From Macrococcus lamae (GTDB lineage Bacteria > Bacillota > Bacilli > Staphylococcales > Staphylococcaceae): DNA of 24,000 bases. Shown here one piece after another: positions 1 through 6,050 of this stretch; the stretch's first letter is position 1, and every line of letters starts with the position of its first letter. A program made the position numbers and the translations under genes. A model generated the notes under the pieces. That model did no database searches. It worked only from the letters and a program-made list of their open reading frames with translations, and was not told the DNA's origin. Location of the stretch: positions 1 through 24,000 of the forward strand of contig NZ_SCWB01000019.1 in the NCBI RefSeq assembly GCF_004359545.1, given 5' to 3'.

Positions 1-26
1 ACTCCTTCTCGTATATCTTTTCTCAT
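1..26 (-). CDS. 5' end of a CDS that runs off the left edge of the window (MRKDIREG...)
   Basis: On the minus strand, AAGGAGG lies 7 nt upstream of the ATG at 26..24. The frame stays open to the window edge. Only 8 codons are visible, so the product is unknown. Confidence 0.35.
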
Positions 27-62
27 GAAATCCTCCTTGAAAGCATGAGAAAAGCATACTAA

Positions 63-110
63 AAAATGTAGGAAAACCAACAATTTTAAATTGCCGTTTT
101 CCTACATTTT
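63..110 (-). terminator. Rho-independent (bidirectional-type) terminator downstream of the 666->192 gene pair
   Basis: Perfect 15-bp stem AAAATGTAGGAAAAC (63-77) / GTTTTCCTACATTTT (96-110) with an 18-nt loop. It has an A-run on one side and a T-run on the other. Confidence 0.75.
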
Positions 111-191
111 AGTTTTGCCATTAACATGCTGAGAGTATTTATAACATATTCAGTTTTCATAGTTTTAAATTATTATCCTATCTACGCCCCT

Positions 192-443
192 TCAGTAATC
201 ATCCTCCCACTTCTTCATCAACTTTTTATCATAATAAGAAATTGCAAATAGTTTCTTATATTTATTAAAGTATATATAGCCATAACGGTAGCGATACGTC
301 TTAAAATCACTTTCCTCATCCCAGTCGGGCTGATCTTTCCGAGGCTCGCCCTCTAATTTTCGTATCGTCTTTGTGTCAAAATCTATCGTCATGTCCAGTT
401 GATTGTAGTCAAATGCAACAGTATAAGGTCTTTCTTCTTTCAT
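192..443 (-). CDS. Hypothetical small protein (83 aa), Tyr/Lys-rich
   Basis: An 83-aa ORF that starts 4 nt after the stop of the upstream 72-aa ORF. It has a weak SD and no recognisable motif. Confidence 0.5.
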   Translation of the reverse strand: MKEERPYTVAFDYNQLDMTIDFDTKTIRKLEGEPRKDQPDWDEESDFKTYRYRYGYIYFNKYKKLFAISYYDKKLMKKWEDDY

Positions 444-447
444 TTTT

Positions 448-666
448 CTATTCTGTCAAACGATAACGTACTGAATGACTCTTATTCCCATAGTCAGACC
501 CAAATGTTGTAGGATAATCCGTTGAAGGTTCTTTAACTGGGGGTTTCCCTATCTGTTTAAGCACTTCTTTATATGTGGAGCCATATTTGATTCCGTTATA
601 GTTAAACGTTCCTTCTTTCATCTGTTCAATAATTTGTTTGTCTGTGATATCTGGTAATTTCAGCAC
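448..666 (-). CDS. Hypothetical small protein (72 aa) sharing a G-T-x-(F/Y)-N-G-(I/V)-K-x-G-x-T...GKP motif with the secreted protein at 4777-5334
   Basis: GTG start preceded by AAAGGAGAG at about 6 nt. No signal peptide. The motif similarity to ORF 4777-5334 was seen by eye. Confidence 0.55.
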   Translation of the reverse strand: MLKLPDITDKQIIEQMKEGTFNYNGIKYGSTYKEVLKQIGKPPVKEPSTDYPTTFGSDYGNKSHSVRYRLTE

Positions 667-821
667 TGTGATCTCTCCTTTATCTAGATGCTATGTTAAT
701 TATCATTTTACAGTAATTAGTGATATTAGTAGATATTTTTAATAGAAATGATGTTTGGTCTTGCTTTCAATTTAATATTTAGAGACATTTTCTAGTACAA
801 TAATCTTAAGGGAGGTCTACC

Positions 822-2900
822 ATGAACTCAATTCAAGAACGCGCTACACAAATTTTAAAAGATACCTACGGCGAGGCAAGTGAATTCCGCGAGGGTCAGC
901 TTGAAGCGATTACGGCGGTGGTGAATAAAGAGAAGACGCTGGTGATTCAGAAGACGGGCTGGGGTAAGTCGATTGTGTATTTCATTGCGACTAAGATTCT
1001 GCGCGAGCGTGGTGCGGGGCCGACGATTATTATCAGTCCGCTTCTTGCACTGATGCACAATCAGATTGAAGCGGCTGAAAAGCTCGGTCTTAATGTGGTG
1101 ACGATTAACAGTAACAATCGTGATGACTGGGAGGCAATCTATGCATCGTTCCATACGGTTGATGCGATTATTGTCTCACCTGAAAAGCTGTCGAATACGG
1201 AGTTCATTGACAAGCTCTCGACCGTTTCTGATATTGAGATGGTGGTCGTCGATGAGGCGCATTCGATTTCTGACTGGGGTCACGATTTCAGGCCGGATTA
1301 TCAGCGTATTGTCTACTTATTAAAGAGCTTCCCCGACCACATCGCGATTCTCGGCACGACGGCGACGGCCAATGACCGGGTGATTCAGGATATTAAGGAT
1401 CAGTTAGGCGATTTGAATGTCTTCCGTGGTGACTTGATCCGTGATAATATTTCCATCCAGGTCAATCCATCACAGAGTAAGGTTGAGCGGCTGGCTTTTA
1501 TTACGGATGCTTTGACGCGTCATCCTTTCTTGAGTGAGAATCAAGGGATTATTTATTGTTTAACAAAGAAGGAATGTGATTCTGTTACGGATTTTCTTAT
1601 TCAGAACGGCATTTCAGCTGCAAGATATTATTCCGGGGTACAAAATGAGTTCAGCGAGGATATTTCCGAGGCAATGCTGAACGACTTCCATACAGGTGCG
1701 ACGCGTGTGATTGTCTCGACGGTCAAGCTCGGCATGGGTTATGATAAGTCGGATATCGGCTTTGTCATTCATTTTCAACTGCCGCAGAACTTGATTGCCT
1801 ACTACCAGCAGATTGGTCGTGCGGGACGGGATGGTTCGTCGGCACTTGCGATTTTGCTGCACGGTGATGAGGACGAGGAGATCATCAAGTCATTCATTGA
1901 CAGTGCGAACAAGGATCCGGAACTGCTGCAGCAGATTCTAGAAATTATCGGCGACAGCAAGGATGGACTGAAACGTAACGAGATTCTGCAGCATTTTAAT
2001 TTAAGTGTCACTAAGCTCAGTGCCGTGCTGAAGTATCTCTTTGTCCATAACTATATTTATATGGAGAAGAACAAGTATTATCTTAATCCGAAGCAGCCAT
2101 TTGACGCGGCCCGAAATGCTCATGTACAGCAGCAGTTGAACATGACAAGGCTTGCTGAGCTGGATAATCTGAAACGATTTATCAGTTATGACGGCTGCTA
2201 TATGAAGTTTATCGCTGATGAACTGGACGCACCGGATGTGAAAGAGCGCTGCGGAATCTGTGTGCACTGCAGAGGAAGACAATTTGTGACGCTGTCAGAG
2301 GATAATCCTTATCTCGAGCCGGCTAAAGACTATAAAAATAAGCTGCACGGTGTGATTGCCCCACGCAAACGCTGGTCGAATAACAAGAAGATTGACGACA
2401 ATTTGCAGTTTCGAGAAGGCTGGACATATACTGTTGACCCTTACTCACCGATCGGCAGGCGGTTTATGCTAGAGCGTGAGCAAGGACATTTCTCAGACAA
2501 GACAGTCACAACCATCAGTCAGTTTTTGAAAGAGCATATTGAAGCGAATGATATTGATGTGATTGTCGGAGTACCGAGCATGCGAAGACCGGATCTTATC
2601 AGCGATCTTGCAAAAAAGATAGCAGATCAGCATGGCATCCAGTACGACGAAGAAGCCCTCTTGAAAACAGCTAAAGGTGTATCGCAGAGAGACATGCACA
2701 ACTCGATGATGCAGGAACAGAACGTGCGGGATTATCTTAAAGTTAACCAGGCGGAATTTATCCAAGAGAAGAACGTTCTACTGATTGATGACCTCGTCGA
2801 TTCACGATGGACGATGACCGTTGCTGCCAGTCTGCTGCTGGAACAAGGTGCAGCTCATGTTTATCCATTCGCATTGGTGAATACGGGAAGTAGTGACTAG
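822..2900 (+). CDS. RecQ-family DNA helicase fused to a C-terminal ComFC/GntX-type phosphoribosyltransferase-like domain (692 aa)
   Basis: SD GGGAGG lies 7 nt upstream of the ATG. Helicase motifs: FREGQLEAI, Walker A TGWGKS, VVDEAHSISDWGHDFRPDY (DEAH box), LGTTATA, VSTVKLGMGYDKSDIGFVIHF, QQIGRAGRDG, and a four-Cys cluster CYMKF...CGICVHC. C-terminal ~130 aa: VGVPSMRRPDL...GVSQRDM...EQNVRDYLKV...NVLLIDDLVDSRWTMTVAASLL, which is the ComF/GntX PRTase pattern. Confidence 0.88.
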   Translation: MNSIQERATQILKDTYGEASEFREGQLEAITAVVNKEKTLVIQKTGWGKSIVYFIATKILRERGAGPTIIISPLLALMHNQIEAAEKLGLNVVTINSNNRDDWEAIYASFHTVDAIIVSPEKLSNTEFIDKLSTVSDIEMVVVDEAHSISDWGHDFRPDYQRIVYLLKSFPDHIAILGTTATANDRVIQDIKDQLGDLNVFRGDLIRDNISIQVNPSQSKVERLAFITDALTRHPFLSENQGIIYCLTKKECDSVTDFLIQNGISAARYYSGVQNEFSEDISEAMLNDFHTGATRVIVSTVKLGMGYDKSDIGFVIHFQLPQNLIAYYQQIGRAGRDGSSALAILLHGDEDEEIIKSFIDSANKDPELLQQILEIIGDSKDGLKRNEILQHFNLSVTKLSAVLKYLFVHNYIYMEKNKYYLNPKQPFDAARNAHVQQQLNMTRLAELDNLKRFISYDGCYMKFIADELDAPDVKERCGICVHCRGRQFVTLSEDNPYLEPAKDYKNKLHGVIAPRKRWSNNKKIDDNLQFREGWTYTVDPYSPIGRRFMLEREQGHFSDKTVTTISQFLKEHIEANDIDVIVGVPSMRRPDLISDLAKKIADQHGIQYDEEALLKTAKGVSQRDMHNSMMQEQNVRDYLKVNQAEFIQEKNVLLIDDLVDSRWTMTVAASLLLEQGAAHVYPFALVNTGSSD

Positions 2901-2932
2901 AATTTATCTTTATAAAAGAAAATGGATCAGAA

Positions 2933-2978
2933 AATATGAGACTTTCACTGTTGAAAAATAACGTGAAAGTCTCATATT
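2933..2978. terminator. Bidirectional terminator between the convergent helicase and antitoxin genes
   Basis: 16-bp perfect stem AATATGAGACTTTCAC (2933-2948) / GTGAAAGTCTCATATT (2963-2978) with a 14-nt loop. Confidence 0.8.
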
Positions 2979-3041
2979 ATCGTTTTATGGGACTTTCAAC
3001 CGCAAATCCTCTTCTCAATGTCCCATATAATATAAAAACCA

Positions 3042-3299
3042 TCACAGAATGTTCCAGTCAATATTATCGACATTGGTAAAACCTGAGCCATCTTTCTCTC
3101 TCATTCTCACCGTCTTTAAAGTACCCGATGTTTCTAAATACATTGTTTCCTGTATGCTATTCCAATAATCAAGACTAACGATGACAGCACTATCTTCTTT
3201 TTTTGTTCCATTAATAATTATGGGTTGATAGGTATTATTCACTTGTTTTAAAACTTCATAGAAATTTTCACGTACTTTATCAGGTGTCATAATATCCAT
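3042..3299 (-). CDS. Phd/YefM (Axe-like) type II antitoxin family protein, 85 aa, with no cognate toxin gene
   Basis: The N-terminus (TPDKVRENFYEVLKQVNNTYQPIIING...AVIVSLDYWNSIQETMYLE) and the C-terminal tail (TVRMREKDGSGFTNVDNIDWNIL) match the YefM/Axe antitoxin pattern as I recall it from staphylococcal Axe proteins. SD GAGGTG is upstream. Confidence 0.8.
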   Translation of the reverse strand: MDIMTPDKVRENFYEVLKQVNNTYQPIIINGTKKEDSAVIVSLDYWNSIQETMYLETSGTLKTVRMREKDGSGFTNVDNIDWNIL

Positions 3300-3405
3300 C
3301 TCTTCACCTCGAATACATAATAACGTGCGTAAAGATATATATGAAAAACAGCATTCATTTAATCATTTTATAAACAAGCTTTTATTATCAGTTATTAATT
3401 TCCCG

Positions 3406-3975
3406 TCACTGTTCATTACTTCTTTGATATGGATTCACACCCCACCGGTTCGTGTGCGGTTCTGACGGGGTCACCAGCATAATGAAGTACCAGATATATA
3501 TGCCAATGGTCACAAGAGCAACGAGGCCGAACAAGACCAGCAGGACAGTATCTGACATTGTCTCTGGTTCTGGTGTAGTACGAAACGTTGCGATGTTGAT
3601 GATGAAAACGATAACCATAAAGATAAAGGGCTGAACGATAGGTATGAGAGTATACCATCCTGATTTGCCGATATCATGCATTCTTCTGACTGCGACTGAT
3701 AAATCAGGCAGCAGCTTAGCCAGTGAGAACAATAATAAAAATCCATAAAACAGCGGTAAGATAAACATAATTGGCGGTAATTCACCTGGCTGAAGATCGG
3801 ACGAAGAAGAAATCAGAGCTAAGTATAACAGTACTGTAGTCACAATGCCTATGAGTGCATTGATCAGCACAGGCACCCAGTATTCCTTCCGTCTTGCTCT
3901 CCCCTGAAAGTCTACACCATTCCGCCAGTAGCTCTTATATGCCTGCCAAATGCTCATCGTGTGATCGTTCATCAT
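3406..3975 (-). CDS. DUF805-family integral membrane protein
   Basis: YWRNGVDFQGRARRKEYW signature followed by several hydrophobic helices. The ORF track starts at a GTG (3981) that overlaps the SD AAAGGAGG. The ATG at 3975 is 5 nt after GGAGG and is the more likely start. Confidence 0.8.
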   Translation of the reverse strand: MMNDHTMSIWQAYKSYWRNGVDFQGRARRKEYWVPVLINALIGIVTTVLLYLALISSSSDLQPGELPPIMFILPLFYGFLLLFSLAKLLPDLSVAVRRMHDIGKSGWYTLIPIVQPFIFMVIVFIINIATFRTTPEPETMSDTVLLVLFGLVALVTIGIYIWYFIMLVTPSEPHTNRWGVNPYQRSNEQ

Positions 3976-3992
3976 AGCCACCTCCTTTAATC

Positions 3993-4307
3993 CTACTTCT
4001 TATAAGTCCTGGATTTGAACAAGTAAATATTAAATCCAACTGCACCGAAAAATATTATTGCGAACAAGACATACAATCCCCAGTTCGGTCCGAAGTTATC
4101 AACTAAATATAATGCGATCATCAACGCTATCACAACATATAGAAATCTGCTCATTCCTTGGCATAGCTTCTTCTCGTCATATTGACTCTGCTTTTCTTTA
4201 CTCATCGTACTGTAGCCGGATATCAGCATGGCACCTTTGCCCATAGAGAACATGATGGCAAGCGGTACAAGAAAAAGGAGTATGATGATTAGAACAATTA
4301 AAGGCAC
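3993..4307 (-). CDS. Small membrane protein, DUF3784-like (104 aa), paralog of 17632-17946
   Basis: GTG start with GGAGGG 6 nt upstream. An N-terminal TM helix is followed by GKGAMLISGYSTMSKEKQSQYDEKKL and two further TM helices. Confidence 0.8.
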   Translation of the reverse strand: MPLIVLIIILLFLVPLAIMFSMGKGAMLISGYSTMSKEKQSQYDEKKLCQGMSRFLYVVIALMIALYLVDNFGPNWGLYVLFAIIFFGAVGFNIYLFKSRTYKK

Positions 4308-4429
4308 GTTGATCCCTCCGATGTTTAGTATATTCTCTTTAATTTTATCTTATTTTCCAGATTTGTGTATTTTAATTTTCAGAAAACTGCTATGATTTAT
4401 TCAATCTACAATTACAGGAGGATTTTATC

Positions 4430-4528
4430 ATGTTATTATTCGTCTCACCCATCGGTCTATTAATTAACCTATTAGTGCTTGCGCTCATCGTGTTTGCCAT
4501 TCTTGCCTTACGCAAAAAGTTTCTATAG
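4430..4528 (+). CDS. 32-aa hydrophobic peptide MLLFVSPIGLLINLLVLALIVFAILALRKKFL (type-I-toxin-like small membrane peptide); not in the ORF track
   Basis: AGGAGG lies 8 nt upstream of the ATG. The peptide has a single predicted TM segment with a basic C-terminal tail. A 13-bp-stem terminator follows 22 nt after the stop. Confidence 0.6.
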   Translation: MLLFVSPIGLLINLLVLALIVFAILALRKKFL

Positions 4529-4549
4529 AAGAAGTTTAGTTTTCCATAA

Positions 4550-4580
4550 AAAACCACTTATCATAGCGATAAGTGGTTTT
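4550..4580. terminator. Bidirectional terminator shared by the small-peptide ORF (+) and the tRNA gene (-)
   Basis: Stem AAAACCACTTATC (4550-4562) / GATAAGTGGTTTT (4568-4580) with a 5-nt loop. Confidence 0.8.
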
Positions 4581-4585
4581 CATAA

Positions 4586-4657
4586 TGCACCCTGACGGAT
4601 TCGAACCGCCGACCCCTTGCTTGTCGAGCAAGTATTCTCCCGCTGAACTAAGAGTGC
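4586..4657 (-). tRNA. tRNA-Val(GAC)-like gene with an atypical anticodon loop (UCGACAA; C at position 33)
   Basis: Minus-strand sequence: GCACUCU-UA-GUUC-AGCGGGA-GAAU-A-CUUGC-UCGACAA-GCAAG-GGGUC-GGCGG-UUCGAAU-CCGUC-AGGGUGC-A. It folds into a full cloverleaf with a 7-bp acceptor, a GG in the D loop and a UUCGAAU T loop. No CCA is encoded. Confidence 0.8.
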
Positions 4658-4740
4658 GAATATAATGAATGTGAATTTATTATAGCACTTCCTGAATCGT
4701 TCGCCAATACTCCTGGAAGAAAATCTTATGAGCATCTTTC

Positions 4741-4770
4741 ATAATAAAAGAAATCACCGAAGTGATTTCT
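4741..4770 (-). terminator. Terminator of the secreted-protein gene
   Basis: Stem AGAAATCAC / GTGATTTCT with a 4-nt loop, followed on the minus strand by TTTATTAT. Confidence 0.7.
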
Positions 4771-4776
4771 TCATCA

Positions 4777-5334
4777 TTACTTGGAAAATGCTTTCTTAAT
4801 TGCAGTGATCGTCGCTTTATCAGCGTATTTATAACCCATGAACGCACCGTCGTTTTCGTCATAGACTAAGATAGTCTGACCGTAAATATAGTTTTCTGTT
4901 TCTCCACTGATATAAGTGAAATCTGCTTTCTTCCAGTAGCGCAGCATGTCCTTGTATTTGAAGTTCAAGCTTGATCCGCTGTACTCAATGTAATTCAGTT
5001 TGTAGTTCGCTTTTGTGACACCGCGTTTTCCTGTGAAGTAGATTTCGTGTGTATCATAATCATCATCTGTCTCGATATCGTAAGTCAGCCCATAATCATA
5101 GTATTTATTGATGCTCGTATATGCATATGCTGGTTTGCCCCATTTAGCTTTAGCCGTTGTAACAGTATCGCCGAGTTTTACTCCATTGAAGGTCTTTGTC
5201 CCTTTTTTCATCGCAGTGATGGTCTTCTCAGATTTCAAGTTCGGAAGTCCCGGCGCTTTACTTGCCGCTTCAGCAGGCAGTGTCAGTGCCAGCAGCATCA
5301 TCAGCATTACTATAATTGCAGTTAACTTTTTCAT
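4777..5334 (-). CDS. Secreted protein of unknown function (Sec signal peptide, AEA|AS cleavage motif)
   Basis: N-terminus MKKLTAIIVMLMMLLALTLPAEAAS. The track start at 5340 abuts the SD (AAGGGGA). The second ATG (5334) has 6-nt spacing and is the more likely start. Confidence 0.8.
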   Translation of the reverse strand: MKKLTAIIVMLMMLLALTLPAEAASKAPGLPNLKSEKTITAMKKGTKTFNGVKLGDTVTTAKAKWGKPAYAYTSINKYYDYGLTYDIETDDDYDTHEIYFTGKRGVTKANYKLNYIEYSGSSLNFKYKDMLRYWKKADFTYISGETENYIYGQTILVYDENDGAFMGYKYADKATITAIKKAFSK

Positions 5335-5412
5335 TGTCATTCCCCTTTACCGTTAATAACTCTAGTATAAAAGGAATTAATGTAAAATAAAATGTTTAAT
5401 TGAAATATTTTG

Positions 5413-5456
5413 TAAATAAATAATTGCATCAAACGGACTTGTGGTTTGATGCAATT
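5413..5456 (-). terminator. Terminator after the FlaR-like kinase gene
   Basis: 13-bp stem AATTGCATCAAAC (5422-5434) / GTTTGATGCAATT (5444-5456), followed on the minus strand by an A/T-rich tail. Confidence 0.65.
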
Positions 5457-5458
5457 AT

Positions 5459-5977
5459 CTAATTCTTAGTAGTTCCTACTGTCTCAAGAAACGTCGCAAT
5501 TTGTCGAGGTGTCCTCAATATAATCACTTTTTTGCTCGACTCGACTGTCTCCAGCATCTTCATGATTCCTGGCCGTTTGTCACGCGGGAAATTCCAGATC
5601 CAGCTCAGGAACTCGCGGTCAATTTTCTCGACACAGCCTTCTGCCATATCCGGTCGAACTTGATTTCGATGCGTCAAGTAGCGCTTGATGGCCTGATAGA
5701 CTGTGATACGCCGGTTAATGTCGAGAAAGATAATCGTGTCGGCGCGCGCTATCCGCACGTCAAATGTACTTGAATAGTTACCGTCGATGATCCATTTGTC
5801 GTCTTGCAGGAGCTGCTGCTGAATGACCCGCTGCTCTTCCTTAGTCGTTATGTTCCAGTTCGGTTTCCACATATGGGCGTCCAGATGAATGACTGGAATC
5901 TCTAAGCGGCGCCCCAGCGTTCTCGCGAGTGTGGATTTCCCTGACCCACCTGAACCGATAATCATGATTCGTTCCAT
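5459..5977 (-). CDS. Topology-modulation (FlaR-like) P-loop NMP-kinase-fold protein
   Basis: MERIMIIGSGGSGKSTLAR Walker A, then WIIDGNY and RPDMAEGCVEKIDREFLSWIWNFP, as in FlaR-type 'DNA topology modulation' proteins. The start was chosen at the ATG 6 nt after GGAGG; the track start at 6025 has no SD. Confidence 0.85.
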   Translation of the reverse strand: MERIMIIGSGGSGKSTLARTLGRRLEIPVIHLDAHMWKPNWNITTKEEQRVIQQQLLQDDKWIIDGNYSSTFDVRIARADTIIFLDINRRITVYQAIKRYLTHRNQVRPDMAEGCVEKIDREFLSWIWNFPRDKRPGIMKMLETVESSKKVIILRTPRQIATFLETVGTTKN

Positions 5978-6014
5978 CATATCCCTCCTCATCACATGTC
6001 GGAATATTATAACA

Positions 6015-6041
6015 CAAAAAAACACAGGAGAATCTCCTGTG
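6015..6041 (-). terminator. Terminator after the MBL-fold hydrolase gene
   Basis: Stem CACAGGAG / CTCCTGTG, followed on the minus strand by TTTTTTT. Confidence 0.7.
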
Positions 6042-6050
6042 CTGAGAAAT

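Larger units (their letters stand above)
795..4380. repeat. Copy 1 (full length) of a diverged segmental duplication; partner at about 15935-18022
   Basis: Nucleotide and protein colinearity with 15935-18022: helicase genes about 80% nt and about 85% aa identity by eye, DUF3784-like genes about 70% aa. A conserved non-coding block lies upstream of the DUF3784-like gene. Copy 1 contains an extra 2396-3990 block. Confidence 0.85.

Noticed and set aside
855-2765. Seven ORFs of 67-99 aa inside the helicase gene (six antisense, one same-strand out-of-frame): 855-1154, 1120-1323, 1614-1862, 1802-2011, 2001-2282, 2493-2765. Equivalent ones lie in copy 2: 16006-16209, 16339-16674, 16828-17013, 16956-17150, 17320-17592, 17481-17678.
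   Set aside because: They lie wholly inside a strongly supported motif-bearing CDS, lack SD sequences and have Arg/Ser/Leu-rich shadow-frame composition. These are typical overlapping-frame artefacts.
2977-3042. A 21-codon ORF whose ATG overlaps the antitoxin stop (TGATGG), considered as a toxin remnant.
   Set aside because: It is too short and has no resemblance to YoeB/Txe/RelE N-termini. It runs into the terminator stem. The ATG/TGA overlap could be chance. It is mentioned only as context for the orphan antitoxin.
4680-4862. A 60-aa minus-strand ORF overlapping the 3' end of the secreted-protein gene.
   Set aside because: It is out of frame with, and overlapping, a better-supported CDS. 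It also spans that gene's terminator hairpin and has no SD.
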